Source: Candidatus Woesearchaeota archaeon (GTDB taxonomy: Archaea > Nanobdellota > Nanobdellia > SCGC-AAA011-G17 > PNOQ01). From it: a stretch of 64,000 nucleotides of DNA. The position numbers and the translations under genes are program-made. The stretch covers positions 14,502 through 78,501 of the forward strand of contig JABIBT010000021.1 in the NCBI GenBank assembly GCA_018652625.1, written 5' to 3'. The notes beneath the pieces are model-generated. The model was given only the letters and a program-made list of their open reading frames with translations, was not told where the DNA came from and did no database searches. The first letter of the stretch is position 1, and each line of letters begins with the position of its first letter. Shown piece after piece: positions 16,937 through 27,244 of this stretch.

Positions 16937-17727
16937 GAATAAGTTTTTTTAACTTTTTTTACAAATTTCTTAGGTTTAAGTATTCCCAAACCCGAGACTA
17001 TTGCCGTTATGTAGTCTGGACCAACTAATTCGAAAGCAGGATTTTTTATAGTTATATATTTATTTGATTTTTTCCAAATTTCTTTTGTATCTCTTTGTTC
17101 TATTTTTAGTTTTTTTGGAGAATATTTCCATGTGCTTGTGAGAATGTATACTGGAATTTTGTAAGTCCTTGCTAATTTTGCTATCATTTCTGAGCCTATT
17201 TTATTTGCTACTTCTCCATTTGGTGTAACCATGTCTGCACCCAATAATATTACGTCTGATTGTGATATGGCTTCTTCTGCTCCAGAATCTACGAAGTGTG
17301 TGTTTTTTATTTTAAGTTTTGCCAAATCCAAAGAAGTTATTCTTCCTTGATATCTTGGTCTTGTTTCTGTGTTTAACACTTCAAACTTTTTCCCGTGTTC
17401 TTTTGCGTATTTTAATGTGTTAATTACAGTTGTAGAATGACAGTGTGTGAATACCCTTGAATTATTTTTTATTAGACGTGCTCCTAAAAGTGTAGTTTTT
17501 TTCTCCGAATCTTTTAGATAATTTTTTGCAGTTTCTATGTCTGCTATTTTTGAAAACATAACTGCATTTTTTAATGCGGGTTCAGTTGGTCTGGCCGATA
17601 ATATTTTTTTTACTGCTTTTGGAGAACTGTTTATTTCTAATGCTTTTAAACCTGCTAGAGCAATCTTATTTGCTCCTTGTATTTTTAAAGATTTTATATC
17701 ATTATAGATTTTATTAAATTTATTCAT
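16924..17727 (-). CDS. Ribose-1,5-bisphosphate isomerase (eIF-2B alpha/beta/delta family).
   Basis: IQGANKIA, RPTEPALKNAV, THCHSTTV, TETRPRYQGRIT, GADMVTPNGEVANKIGS and NPAFELVGPDYITAIVS run parallel to the Thermococcus enzyme. Confidence 0.8.
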   Translation of the reverse strand: MNKFNKIYNDIKSLKIQGANKIALAGLKALEINSSPKAVKKILSARPTEPALKNAVMFSKIADIETAKNYLKDSEKKTTLLGARLIKNNSRVFTHCHSTTVINTLKYAKEHGKKFEVLNTETRPRYQGRITSLDLAKLKIKNTHFVDSGAEEAISQSDVILLGADMVTPNGEVANKIGSEMIAKLARTYKIPVYILTSTWKYSPKKLKIEQRDTKEIWKKSNKYITIKNPAFELVGPDYITAIVSGLGILKPKKFVKKVKKTYSWIR

Positions 17728-17790
17728 ACTTTATTTTATTTTTAACTCTTTAAAAACTTTTTCTTGTGAAATGAAGACTATTTCGCAAGA

Positions 17791-17798
17791 TATATAAA
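17791..17798 (+). promoter_or_regulatory. TATA box (TATATAAA) for cysQ.
   Basis: It lies 29 nt upstream of ATG 17820. Confidence 0.55.
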
Positions 17799-17819
17799 AG
17801 GAAATGGGTTGCTATTTTT

Positions 17820-18641
17820 ATGATTGAAAAAGAGATTAAATTAGCAAATGAACTTGAAATTGCTAAGGCATTATCTGTTAATGCCGGTAAAGCTATTATG
17901 GAGATTTATACTTCCAATAGTTTTGATATTGCTAATAAAGAAGACAATATTTACATTAATGCTAATCTAAAATCTAGTGACATCATTAATAATGGATTGA
18001 AAAATGATTTTCCAAACTATGGTTTGTTAAATGAGAAAACTGCCGGTATGACTGATAGACTTAATAAGGATTATGTTTGGATTGTTGATCCCCTTGATGG
18101 AGTAAAAGAATTTATTTCTGGAAATGAAGAATTTACAATTAATATTGGTTTGGTTTATAGGGGAGAGCCGGTTTTGGGGGTTATTTATTTGCCTGCAAAA
18201 GATATTCTGTTTTTTGCTACTCGCGGAAATGGTGCGTTTTTTGAGAACAAAGGAAATATGACTAAACTATCGACTTCTAATAAGTTTAATGTTGATGAGA
18301 TGATTATTATTAAAAATAAATATCTTTCAGAAGAAAGAGAAGACAAATTGATTAAAAGTAATCGTTTTAAAGAAATTAAGACTGCTGAAAGTTCTTTTAA
18401 TGGATGCTCCATTGCTAAAGGAGAGTCAGATGTTTATTTTAAATTTGGATCAGTTTATGAGTGGAATATCTGTGCTATGAATGTAATTTTAATGGAGGCT
18501 AAGGGAGAATTAACTAATTTGGGCGGGTTTAGATTAAAGTATAACAAAGAGAATACTTTAATTGAAGATGGATTTCTGGCTTCTAATGGAAAGATCCACA
18601 ATTATTTGTTAGCATTAGAGGAGATTGACCAAAATGGATAG
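17820..18641 (+). CDS. cysQ: 3'(2'),5'-bisphosphate nucleotidase (PAP phosphatase; inositol monophosphatase family).
   Basis: The WIVDPLDGVKEF motif is present, the length is typical of the IMPase fold, and it sits directly upstream of cysD/cysN. Confidence 0.7.
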   Translation: MIEKEIKLANELEIAKALSVNAGKAIMEIYTSNSFDIANKEDNIYINANLKSSDIINNGLKNDFPNYGLLNEKTAGMTDRLNKDYVWIVDPLDGVKEFISGNEEFTINIGLVYRGEPVLGVIYLPAKDILFFATRGNGAFFENKGNMTKLSTSNKFNVDEMIIIKNKYLSEEREDKLIKSNRFKEIKTAESSFNGCSIAKGESDVYFKFGSVYEWNICAMNVILMEAKGELTNLGGFRLKYNKENTLIEDGFLASNGKIHNYLLALEEIDQNG

Positions 18642-19437
18642 GATGGAAGAATTAGAATCGAAGAGTATTTATGTTTTAAGAGAGGCGTACAAAAAGTTTG
18701 GAAAAGTCGGAATTTTATGGAGCATGGGCAAAGATTCTACTGTTTTGTTATGGTTGGCCATGAAGGCATTTTATGGACATGTTCCGTTTCCAGTGATTCA
18801 TATTGATACTACATTTAAGTTTCCTGAGATGTATGCTTTTAGGGAAAATTTGGCTAAGAAATGGAATCTTAATTTAATGGTTGGGATGAATAAGGAAGCC
18901 ATTCTAAATGGGATTAATTATGATAATAATTCTGCCTTAGAAGTATGTGATCATATGAAAACTGTTGCTTTAAAAAATTTTGTTGGGGAAAATAAATTTG
19001 AGGGTCTAATTTTAGCTATTCGTGCTGATGAAGAGGGTTCTAGATCCAAAGAAAGATTCTTTAGTAAGAGAAATTCTGATTTTGAGTGGGATTATACTGA
19101 TCAACCTCCAGAACTGTGGGACCAATTTAATTCTGATTTTAAAAAAGATGAACATATTAGAGTACACCCAATTTTACATTGGACAGAATATGATGTATGG
19201 GAATATATCAAGAGAGAAGGTATACCGGTTATTAGTTTATATTTTTCTAAGGAAGGTAAAAGGTATAGAAGTTTAGGATGTATGCCTATCACTTCTCCTA
19301 TGACCTCTAATGCAGATACAGTTGATAAGATTGTTGAGGAAATAAGGACAATAAAAACTGCAGAAAGGGAAGGCAGGGGCCAAGATAAAGAGGACGCATA
19401 TGCATTACAAAAACTAAGAGCAAAGGGGTATATGTAA
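18634..19437 (+). CDS. cysD: Sulfate adenylyltransferase subunit 2.
   Basis: MDRMEELESKSIYVLREAY ... LWSMGKDSTVLLWL contains the PP-loop and aligns with E. coli CysD from ATG 18634. A GAGGAG lies 10 nt upstream. The ORF-track start at 18625 is a TTG. Confidence 0.85.
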   Translation: MDRMEELESKSIYVLREAYKKFGKVGILWSMGKDSTVLLWLAMKAFYGHVPFPVIHIDTTFKFPEMYAFRENLAKKWNLNLMVGMNKEAILNGINYDNNSALEVCDHMKTVALKNFVGENKFEGLILAIRADEEGSRSKERFFSKRNSDFEWDYTDQPPELWDQFNSDFKKDEHIRVHPILHWTEYDVWEYIKREGIPVISLYFSKEGKRYRSLGCMPITSPMTSNADTVDKIVEEIRTIKTAEREGRGQDKEDAYALQKLRAKGYM

Positions 19438-19644
19438 ATGGGTGATAAAAATACACGTTCTATTGTAAAGGCAATAACTTGGAGAGTTTTTGCTACTTTA
19501 ATTACTATGCTTTTAGTGTTTTTTATAACTAAGGAGGTTGCTCTTTCTTTTGGAATTGGTATTTTGGATGTATTTTACAAATTATTATTTTATTATTTTC
19601 ATGAAAGAACATGGAATCATATTAAATGGGGGAAAGATTCATGA
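19438..19644 (+). CDS. Small membrane protein, DUF2061-like.
   Basis: It is 68 aa with two TM segments ([25 protein letters not shown] ... [10 protein letters not shown]). From memory this family is often found in sulfate-activation clusters. It has an ATGA overlap with cysN. Confidence 0.5.
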   Translation: MGDKNTRSIVKAITWRVFATLITMLLVFFITKEVALSFGIGILDVFYKLLFYYFHERTWNHIKWGKDS

Positions 19645-21512
19645 ATAAAGAATCTTTAAAATTTGTAATTGTTGGCCATGTTGATCACGGTAAAAGTACA
19701 CTTATTGGTAGGTTATTGTATGATACAGGTTCTTTGAAAGAAGGAGTGATAGAAAAAGTTAAGAGAGTTTCAGAAGAAATTGGAAAAGAGTTTGAATATG
19801 CTTATTTATTGGATGCCTTAAAAGAAGAGCAAGAGCAGGGGATTACTATAGATACAACTAAGATTGAATTTTCTACCGATAAGAGACAATATACTATTAT
19901 TGATGCCCCGGGGCATAAAGAGTTTTTAAAAAATATGATTAGTGGTGCTTCTAATGCTGAGGCAGCTATTTTAATTGTTGATGCTGATGAAGGAGTCAGA
20001 GAACAAACTAAAAGACACGCGTATATTTTGTATTTGCTTGGAATAAAACAAGTTCATGTTATTATTAATAAAATGGATTTAGTTGATTTCTCACAAGAAA
20101 GGTATGAGGAAGTTAGAGATGAGATTAAAGATTATTTGGTGAGGTTGGAAATTTTTCCTAAAAAATATATTCCTATTTCTGCAAAATTAGGTGATAATGT
20201 TATTAAAAAATCTCCAAATATGGAATGGGGAAATAATGAAACTGTGTTGAGTGCTATTGATGATTTTGAAAAATTGGAAGGATTGGAGGATAAACCTTTA
20301 AGATTTCCAATCCAAGATATTTATAAGTTTGATGATCGAAGAATAATTTCTGGAAGAATTGAATCTGGATTTCTTGAAGTTGGACAAGAAATTAGGTTAT
20401 TGCCTTCTAATCAAAAGACAAAAGTTATCTCAATTGAACAATGGAAAGAAAAGGAAAAGAAAACTTCTTTGATGTGTGGAGAATATGCAGGAATAACCGT
20501 ATCGGATAACCATTTTTTTAAAAGAGGAGATGTTATTACTTCTCTAAATGATCTGCCTACAATTAATAATTTGTTTGGATGTAGTTTGTTTTGGATGGGA
20601 AAAAATGATTTAATTAAAGGAAAACAGTATATTTTAAAATTAAATTCCCAAGAAATTCCTTGTGAAGTTTATGAAGTCCAAGGAGTTATTGATTCTAACA
20701 CTTTAGAACAAATTCCCGGAAAAGATTTTTTATCTAAACATGATGTGGGAAATATTATTATTAAAACTAAAAAACCTATTGTTTATGATCCCTTTAACGA
20801 AATTCCTACCAACGGTAGATTTGTCCTTGTTGATGAATTACAGGTTTCTGGTGGGGGAATAATTGAGAAAAGTTCTAAAGAGATTAAGGAAAGAAGAGTA
20901 ATTGAGACCAGCAAGGAAGTTTCTGTTGTTCCAAAATCTAGTTTGATTGAACCAAAAGATAGGCATAAGAAACAAGGGCATAAGGGAAATGTGGTTTGGC
21001 TTACTGGAATTCCGGGTTGTGGAAAAGAAATGATTGCAAAAAATTTAGAAAAAGAGTTGTTTAAGAAAGGAAAATCTGTTTGCTATTTAGATGCTAGTAA
21101 TATTCGATTGACTTTAAATTCTGATTTGAATTTTTCTAAAGAATCAAGATATGAACATATAAGGAGGCTAGCAGAAGTTGCGAATATTTTATATAATCTT
21201 GGACATATTGTAATTGTTTCTGCAGTTAGTCCTTACTCTGATGGAAGAAAATATGCTAGAAGTATAATTGGAGTGGATAATTTTATAGAGGTTTTTGTTG
21301 ATATGCCATTAGATATTTGTAAAGAAATTAACCCAAGGGGAATTTATACAAAAGCAGAAAAAGGAGAGCGAAAAGGGGTCCCCGGTGTAGATATAGAATA
21401 TGAAAAATCTGATTATCTGATTCATACCCTGAATATTAATAAAAAAGAGTTTAATATATCTGAGAAAGTAACTGAATTGCTTTCTTTATTGGATAAAAAT
21501 ACCAAGTTATAA
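19641..21512 (+). CDS. cysN: Sulfate adenylyltransferase subunit 1 (GTPase) fused to a degenerate APS-kinase-like domain.
   Basis: The GTPase motifs [14 protein letters not shown] and NKMD are present. The C-terminal ~185 aa align with APS kinase, but with GIPGCGKEM in place of GLSGSGKST and [11 protein letters not shown] in place of LDGDNVRHGLN. Confidence 0.8.
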   Translation: MNKESLKFVIVGHVDHGKSTLIGRLLYDTGSLKEGVIEKVKRVSEEIGKEFEYAYLLDALKEEQEQGITIDTTKIEFSTDKRQYTIIDAPGHKEFLKNMISGASNAEAAILIVDADEGVREQTKRHAYILYLLGIKQVHVIINKMDLVDFSQERYEEVRDEIKDYLVRLEIFPKKYIPISAKLGDNVIKKSPNMEWGNNETVLSAIDDFEKLEGLEDKPLRFPIQDIYKFDDRRIISGRIESGFLEVGQEIRLLPSNQKTKVISIEQWKEKEKKTSLMCGEYAGITVSDNHFFKRGDVITSLNDLPTINNLFGCSLFWMGKNDLIKGKQYILKLNSQEIPCEVYEVQGVIDSNTLEQIPGKDFLSKHDVGNIIIKTKKPIVYDPFNEIPTNGRFVLVDELQVSGGGIIEKSSKEIKERRVIETSKEVSVVPKSSLIEPKDRHKKQGHKGNVVWLTGIPGCGKEMIAKNLEKELFKKGKSVCYLDASNIRLTLNSDLNFSKESRYEHIRRLAEVANILYNLGHIVIVSAVSPYSDGRKYARSIIGVDNFIEVFVDMPLDICKEINPRGIYTKAEKGERKGVPGVDIEYEKSDYLIHTLNINKKEFNISEKVTELLSLLDKNTKL

Positions 21513-22982
21513 TTTGTTATTAGAACTATTCTTTATTTTATTTATTAAATTAGTTGTACTTTTTCCTTCCTTTAGTCTGATTAATTCTACTTCTCCACCA
21601 TGTTGTTTTACTATATCTCCTCCAACCACGCCAGATTCTTCATAATCTGAAGCTTTGACTAATTTATGAGGAATTATTTCTTTTATTAAATTCAATGGAG
21701 TGTCTTCATCAAAGAAGATAATATAATCTACGCTTTCTAAACTTGCTAATACTTCTGCTCTTTCTGCCCCGTTATTTATTGGTCTTGTTGGTCCCTTTAT
21801 CCTATTTATAGACTCATCAGTGTTCAATCCTAATATTAAGGTGTCTCCTAAGGATTTTGCTTCTTTTAGCAAGTGGGTGTGTCCTGCGTGAAGTATATCA
21901 AAACAACCATTTGTGAAAACTATTTTTTTATTGTTGTTTTTTAGTTTTTCTACTATTTCTTTTATTTCTGATAGATGTTTTATTTTTGTTTCTTGTATGC
22001 TGAAACTTTTCTTCAATTCATTTGTTGAGAGTGTGGAGGTTCCTAATTTTCCTATAACTATTCCTGCAGCGTGATTTCCAAGAATTATACTTTCATGGAG
22101 GTTTGAATTTGAAGAAATTGCTAAAGCAAGGGTTGCCATGAATGTGTCTCCTGCTCCGGAAACATCATAAATCTCTTTTGCCTTTGTTGGAAAATAGTGA
22201 GTTTCCTGTTCTTCAAATAAATATGCCCCTTTTTCTCCACACCTTAGAATTAGTTTTGTGTTGAAATTTTTGGTTATTTTTTCTCCAATTTTATTTATAT
22301 CTTTTTCTTTTGTTATTTCTTTACCTTCTTTTAAATTTGGAGAAATTATAAATGTATCTTTATAATATTCAATATTTTCTGGCTTTGGATCCACTATTAT
22401 TTTTTTATTTAATTCTTTTAATTTTGACATTAAATATGGGGTGATAATTCCTTTATTATAATCTGAGATCAAAATTATATCAAAGTTATTTTCTTTTATT
22501 TTTTCAATTATTTTATCTGCTTCTTCATCTTTTATTTCTATTATATTTTCATTGTCTATTCTGATTACTTGTTGGTTTCTAGCAATTATTCTTGTTTTTT
22601 TTATTGTTGGAATGTTTTCATTTTCTATTAGAAAATATCTTATCTCTTTGTCGTTTAGTTTTTTAATTAGAATTTCTTTTGTTTCATCTTTTCCTATTTG
22701 TCCAATTAATGTACATTTCCCCCCTAGGGAAACAATATTGTTTGCTACGTTTGCAGCTCCACCAAGCCTATGTTCCGTTTTTTGTGTGTCTAATACTGGG
22801 ACCGGTGCTTCAGGATTTATTCTGGAAACTTCTCCGATTATATACTCGTCTATCATTACGTCTCCAATAACTAAAATGTGTTTTTCTTGAAATTTATCTA
22901 TGATATTATCTATTTCTTGCATTTTATTCTGTGAAAACATTTTTCTTATATCAACGGGGCACCGAGAATTATTTATAAACAT
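21507..22982 (-). CDS. hldE: Bifunctional D-beta-D-heptose 7-phosphate kinase / D-beta-D-heptose 1-phosphate adenylyltransferase.
   Basis: The N-terminal ribokinase-like domain has [17 protein letters not shown] and DVSGAGDTF. The C-terminal cytidylyltransferase domain has [12 protein letters not shown]. The true start may be M15 (22940) or M21 (22922), and TATA-like boxes lie inside the first codons. Confidence 0.85.
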   Translation of the reverse strand: MFINNSRCPVDIRKMFSQNKMQEIDNIIDKFQEKHILVIGDVMIDEYIIGEVSRINPEAPVPVLDTQKTEHRLGGAANVANNIVSLGGKCTLIGQIGKDETKEILIKKLNDKEIRYFLIENENIPTIKKTRIIARNQQVIRIDNENIIEIKDEEADKIIEKIKENNFDIILISDYNKGIITPYLMSKLKELNKKIIVDPKPENIEYYKDTFIISPNLKEGKEITKEKDINKIGEKITKNFNTKLILRCGEKGAYLFEEQETHYFPTKAKEIYDVSGAGDTFMATLALAISSNSNLHESIILGNHAAGIVIGKLGTSTLSTNELKKSFSIQETKIKHLSEIKEIVEKLKNNNKKIVFTNGCFDILHAGHTHLLKEAKSLGDTLILGLNTDESINRIKGPTRPINNGAERAEVLASLESVDYIIFFDEDTPLNLIKEIIPHKLVKASDYEESGVVGGDIVKQHGGEVELIRLKEGKSTTNLINKIKNSSNNKL

Positions 22983-22997
22983 TATGAATCTATTTTC

Positions 22998-23567
22998 TTA
23001 AAATAAATTGTCTTCTATTAGTTTACACCAAGTGTGGATAATTGTTATGTGAGATTCTTGTATTCTAGCTGTGTTTTGAGAAGGAATTATTAAGTTGGAG
23101 TTTAAGTTTAAGTTGTTTATTTTTCCTCCGTCTTTCCCGTTTAGACAGATTGTTTTCATTCCGTTGTTTTTTGCTATTTCAAAAGCTTTTATTATGTTGT
23201 TAGAATTTCCAGAAGTGCTTATACCTACTAATACATCTCCTTCGTTTCCTAATGATTCTATTTGTTTTTTGAATACTTCTTCATATCCGAAGTCGTTTGA
23301 ACATGCTGTTAAAGTTGAAGTATCTGTTGTTAATGCAATGGCGGGTAAAGATTTTCTGTCTTTTTCAAATCTAATCAAAAGTTCTGCTGCGAAGTGTTGT
23401 GCGTCTGCTGCAGACCCGCCATTTCCACAAATTAGAATTTTTTTATTGTTTTTTAAAGAATTTATTAAAATGTTTGCTGAGTTTTCTATCTCTTTTGTTA
23501 GATTTTGTATTACTTTATTTTTTGTTTCTATTGAATCTTGAAATATTTGTTTTATAGTATCTTCCAT
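22998..23567 (-). CDS. gmhA: Phosphoheptose (sedoheptulose-7-phosphate) isomerase.
   Basis: The SIS domain motifs [16 protein letters not shown] and GISTSGNS are present. Confidence 0.85.
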   Translation of the reverse strand: MEDTIKQIFQDSIETKNKVIQNLTKEIENSANILINSLKNNKKILICGNGGSAADAQHFAAELLIRFEKDRKSLPAIALTTDTSTLTACSNDFGYEEVFKKQIESLGNEGDVLVGISTSGNSNNIIKAFEIAKNNGMKTICLNGKDGGKINNLNLNSNLIIPSQNTARIQESHITIIHTWCKLIEDNLF

Positions 23568-24637
23568 TTTTTATTTAGTTTGTTTACCTCTTTTATTACA
23601 TCTTCAACTTGTATGTTTTTCATGTGTGGATGATTTTTACAGTTAGGAATTTTGTATTCATGTACGTTTATACATGGTTTTGAAAGTATTGGCTTATATA
23701 CATAACTATTTTTTTTGCCTAGTGGTGCAAATCTTACCGGGGTGTTTGGGCAAAATAGGCCTATTGTTGGAGTTCCTTGTGCTGCTGCTATGTGCATTGG
23801 TCCAGTGTCAGAACTGATCATAAGGTTTAGTTTAGAAGTTAGAGCCAATGTCTTTTTTAATTCTATATTAGTTGTATTGGCTGTATTTAGATAATTTAAT
23901 TTCTTTTGAAATGATTCAATTATATCTTTTTCACTTGGAGATCCGATAATTATAAAAGTAGGATTATATTTTTTTATTAATTCTTTAGAAAGTTCTAACC
24001 ATTTGTTCATTGGCCACCTTCTTGAGGTTCCAGTCCCTCCAGTTGTTATGCATAGTCCGATTAATGGTTTTTTTAGAACTTTAGAGTTTGCCCAGTTTAT
24101 TGAGTCATTTCCAGGATTTAATTCTGTCAATTCTGTCAATTTGTCTTGAGGTACCTTTAATGTGTTTGTTAGTTTTATGAAGTTGTCTGCTGAGTGTATT
24201 TTATCGTTGAATTTTATTTTTTTTGTGTAGAGGAAAGCAGCTTTTTTTTGTTTGTAACCTATTGAGTTCTTTGCTAACCAAAATGAAAAGAAACTTCCTA
24301 AGTTCATGAAAGGTTCTGTGTCTATAGCTAAATCAAACTTTTTAAACATAAGAAATAATTTTAAGTTGAATGTTTTTATTTCGTCTATGAACTCTTGATT
24401 TTCAAATAGTATTTTGTTTTGAGTAGTGCATATTACTGTTATTTTTGAGTTTGGATATTTTTCTTTTATTCTTTTTATCATTGGTAATGTTAGAATTGAT
24501 TCTCCAAGTGACCAAAATCTTATTATTGCTATGTTTTTTATTTTCTTTTTTGCTTTGAATATTTTTAGAATAGATAAAAAGTAGCATAGTATTAAAATTA
24601 AATACTTATCTGTTATTTTTGCTAGTTTTACTTTCAT
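23552..24637 (-). CDS. Glycosyltransferase family 9 (heptosyltransferase-like).
   Basis: [21 protein letters not shown] is the characteristic GT9 C-terminal motif. It lies in the operon with gmhA and hldE. Confidence 0.75.
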   Translation of the reverse strand: MKVKLAKITDKYLILILCYFLSILKIFKAKKKIKNIAIIRFWSLGESILTLPMIKRIKEKYPNSKITVICTTQNKILFENQEFIDEIKTFNLKLFLMFKKFDLAIDTEPFMNLGSFFSFWLAKNSIGYKQKKAAFLYTKKIKFNDKIHSADNFIKLTNTLKVPQDKLTELTELNPGNDSINWANSKVLKKPLIGLCITTGGTGTSRRWPMNKWLELSKELIKKYNPTFIIIGSPSEKDIIESFQKKLNYLNTANTTNIELKKTLALTSKLNLMISSDTGPMHIAAAQGTPTIGLFCPNTPVRFAPLGKKNSYVYKPILSKPCINVHEYKIPNCKNHPHMKNIQVEDVIKEVNKLNKKWKIL

Positions 24638-24941
24638 TTTTTATTGCAACTGTTCTTATTATTTTTGTTATTTTTTTCTCGGTATCTTCAAGCTTTGCGT
24701 ATAGTCTAAATATCATATAAGAGAGTACTATTAATGTTGCGTAGATACTCAAATAAATACCAGATGAAACTCCTAGGATTTCTGCTAGTTTGATAACGAA
24801 AGTTGGGTAGATTGCTGCAGCCATAACCCCTAACCAAAAAACCATCCAGAACATAGATTCTAGTCTGTTTTTTATATTTAGTATAACTCTACTAAATGCA
24901 AATAAAGCGAAAATTAATATTATGATTTGTATGAAGTCCAT
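24606..24941 (-). CDS. Small membrane protein, DUF2304-like, the usual partner of the upstream GT2.
   Basis: It is 111 aa with three or four TM segments and a charged C-terminal helix. The GT2 plus DUF2304 pairing is recalled from bacterial and archaeal glycan loci. Confidence 0.5.
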   Translation of the reverse strand: MDFIQIIILIFALFAFSRVILNIKNRLESMFWMVFWLGVMAAAIYPTFVIKLAEILGVSSGIYLSIYATLIVLSYMIFRLYAKLEDTEKKITKIIRTVAIKNESKTSKNNR

Positions 24942-24944
24942 TTT

Positions 24945-25625
24945 TTAGGTTCCCATTTTTTTGAATATCATTTTTAGTAATATTTGTATTGCGTCAAATC
25001 TACCTTGGCCCTTTCTTCCTTCTTTTAAGTGTCTTTCTTCATAGATAATATTTACTGGGATTTCTTTGTATCTGACTTTGTTCTTTTTTATTTTTTCAAG
25101 TATTTCTGAAGCGTGTTCCATTTTGTCTGTTGTCATTATTGTTTTCTTTGCTCCTTCTCTTGAGAATGCCCTGAATCCATTGTGTACATCTGTTAGTTTT
25201 ATGTGATACATTACCCAAATTAGGAATATGCCTCCCTTTAAAACAATTTTTCTTTTTAGTGGCATTTTTTGTTTACTTAGAAATCTTGATCCTAAACAAG
25301 CTTCAAAATTTTCATTTTTTATTGGTGCTAAGAGTTTTTCTATTTCGTCAGGATTGTGTTGTCCATCTGAATCGAAGTGGATTATATACTCTGCGTTATT
25401 TAATAGGGCGTAAGTCATTCCAGTTTGCAGTGCTGCCCCTTGTCCCCTGTTGATTATGTGTTTTAATGCTGTTACATTCTTTGATTTGGCTACTTCGTAA
25501 GTTTTGTCTGTTGATCCATCATCTACTACAACAATATTATTGTATCCTCTTTCTTTTAGGTTGTCTAATACCTGGCCCAAGTATTTTTCTTCGTTTAAGG
25601 CAGGTATTACTATAAATGTACTCAT
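24945..25625 (-). CDS. Glycosyltransferase family 2.
   Basis: FIVIPALNEEKYL, VVVDDGSTDKT and FDSDGQH are present. Confidence 0.8.
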   Translation of the reverse strand: MSTFIVIPALNEEKYLGQVLDNLKERGYNNIVVVDDGSTDKTYEVAKSKNVTALKHIINRGQGAALQTGMTYALLNNAEYIIHFDSDGQHNPDEIEKLLAPIKNENFEACLGSRFLSKQKMPLKRKIVLKGGIFLIWVMYHIKLTDVHNGFRAFSREGAKKTIMTTDKMEHASEILEKIKKNKVRYKEIPVNIIYEERHLKEGRKGQGRFDAIQILLKMIFKKMGT

Positions 25626-25692
25626 TAGATTTGTGATTTCTTGATTGTTTATAAGAATAATGGAGTTTTCTTCTATTTAAAAAAAGAAAAAA

Positions 25693-27165
25693 TTAGTGTG
25701 GTGCGGCCATAAAAAAGATGTCCGGGATGTGTGGATTTAAGACATTTATTATTTTTGAAGCTCTGTTGTTTGTTTCATCTATTTCTTCGATTATGTTGTA
25801 TCTGTCTACAATTACTATTATTTCATGTTCTCCTGGCGAAGTTACTGTCCAAGGGATTATTACTACTTCTGTTTGTAAACCTTCTATGGACATTTCTATC
25901 TCTCCAAGTATAGAGTGTGTTCTCATATCATAAAAGAAAACTGTGAAATTTTCTGCTGTAAGATTTTCTATGTTTCTTACCATAGCAAAAATTTGTATAT
26001 TGTCTCCAGGTTTTGGGTGATTGTTGCTAAATCCTATATCTTGATCTCTTATTCTTAAATCTGGAAGAGTAAATACACTAATTGGTTTGAATGCTATATT
26101 GTTTTCTTCGTTTTCTTCATTTATTTGGTCATCTGCATCAACCCACACGTGTATATCGTAGTCTCCTTCTATTTCTGGAATCCATTCTAGTTGTGCGAAG
26201 AAAGTACTTCTGTCTTTTATTTGAACTAGGTCTTCTCCAAGATATGTTTCTTCAGATGGTTCTCCAGAGTAGAATCTTACTAAAATTTGTTCTGGATCTT
26301 CATCTAGAAGGTTTTTGAAAAAAGCAGTTATTGTTACCGGTGTTCCTTTCATAATTGAATCATTGCTAAAAATAATATCTTCTGAAGTTATTTCGAAATC
26401 TGCGTTTATATTTATTTGAAATGGATAAGCCAATCCTTCATTATTATTGTATAATTCCAGAATTTCTTCTTCTGATAATGCTCTGTGCCATACTCCCATT
26501 TCATCAAGATCGCTGTTTAAATATTCTCCGATTGATTGTAGTAGTCCAATCGTTGTTTCTGTATTATGGGTGTGCATTGATGTGGCATATTCAAAATTTA
26601 TTGTTTCGTCGACTCCATCAAGATATATTTTTCCTGTATCCTCCCCGGCCCAAGTAATAACAACATGGTGCCATTGATTATTAGAATAAAAATCGGGACC
26701 TTTATTGTTTCCAGTATCGGCAATGACATAATTATCATTATTTGCCCAAGATCCAAAATTTATTTTTTCATTTAATTGATTTGGGTAAATTAATCTAAAT
26801 GTCCATTGGTTTTGGCTTCCAGAATAACATGAAATTATTGTTTGTAATGGGGTAGAACTGTCCATTTTAATCCAAGTTGAAATAGAAAAACTTTCTGCAC
26901 CAAGCAGCAGATTTTCTGGTATTATTATATAATCTTGACTCCCATCGAAATGAAATGCTTCACCAATTACCCCGCTGGCTCCGGTTGTAACCCCCGTCAT
27001 TAATCCGGTATGGTTGTTATCCGATAAGTCATAAATTGTATCTCCAGAGATATGCGAGTCATCAAAAGAATAATACATTTCTAGATCATCTATCAGTTCT
27101 GCGTTGACGTTGTTTATAGAAATCATGAATAAGGCCAAAATTATGATTAAAATCTTGTATTTCAT
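25693..27165 (-). CDS. Secreted LamG (concanavalin-like lectin) domain protein with two CARDB-like domains.
   Basis: There is a signal peptide. The LamG_3 pattern is YYSFDDS ... DLSDNNHTG ... AFHFDGSQDYIII ... WHHVVITW ... DEMGVWHRALSEEEILELYN. The CARDB-like E-x-N-E-x-NN motifs are NEENEENNIAF and EIDETNNRAS. Confidence 0.7.
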   Translation of the reverse strand: MKYKILIIILALFMISINNVNAELIDDLEMYYSFDDSHISGDTIYDLSDNNHTGLMTGVTTGASGVIGEAFHFDGSQDYIIIPENLLLGAESFSISTWIKMDSSTPLQTIISCYSGSQNQWTFRLIYPNQLNEKINFGSWANNDNYVIADTGNNKGPDFYSNNQWHHVVITWAGEDTGKIYLDGVDETINFEYATSMHTHNTETTIGLLQSIGEYLNSDLDEMGVWHRALSEEEILELYNNNEGLAYPFQININADFEITSEDIIFSNDSIMKGTPVTITAFFKNLLDEDPEQILVRFYSGEPSEETYLGEDLVQIKDRSTFFAQLEWIPEIEGDYDIHVWVDADDQINEENEENNIAFKPISVFTLPDLRIRDQDIGFSNNHPKPGDNIQIFAMVRNIENLTAENFTVFFYDMRTHSILGEIEMSIEGLQTEVVIIPWTVTSPGEHEIIVIVDRYNIIEEIDETNNRASKIINVLNPHIPDIFFMAAPH

Positions 27166-27189
27166 CTTGATTGGGGTAGTTTATATCAA

Positions 27190-27197
27190 TTTATAAA
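27190..27197 (-). promoter_or_regulatory. TATA box (palindromic TTTATAAA) for the LamG gene.
   Basis: It lies 32 nt upstream of the start at 27165 on the minus strand. Confidence 0.5.
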
Positions 27198-27213
27198 TGT
27201 TATTTTTAGAAAA

Positions 27214-27221
27214 TTATATAA
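27214..27221 (+). promoter_or_regulatory. TATA box (TTATATAA).
   Basis: It lies 31 nt upstream of ATG 27245. Confidence 0.5.
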
Positions 27222-27244
27222 ACTGAATAAAAAATTACTATAAT

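Noticed and set aside
18634-19437. I considered whether CysD is a PAPS/APS reductase, since both have a PP-loop ATPase fold.
   Set aside because: Its N-terminus aligns with E. coli CysD, and it is immediately followed by the CysN GTPase. The C-terminal redox Cys motif of CysH-type reductases is absent.
25693-27165. I considered the LamG/CARDB protein as a possible diversity-generating retroelement target.
   Set aside because: There is no reverse transcriptase. I found no template/variable repeat pair and no adenine-specific mismatch pattern anywhere in the window.
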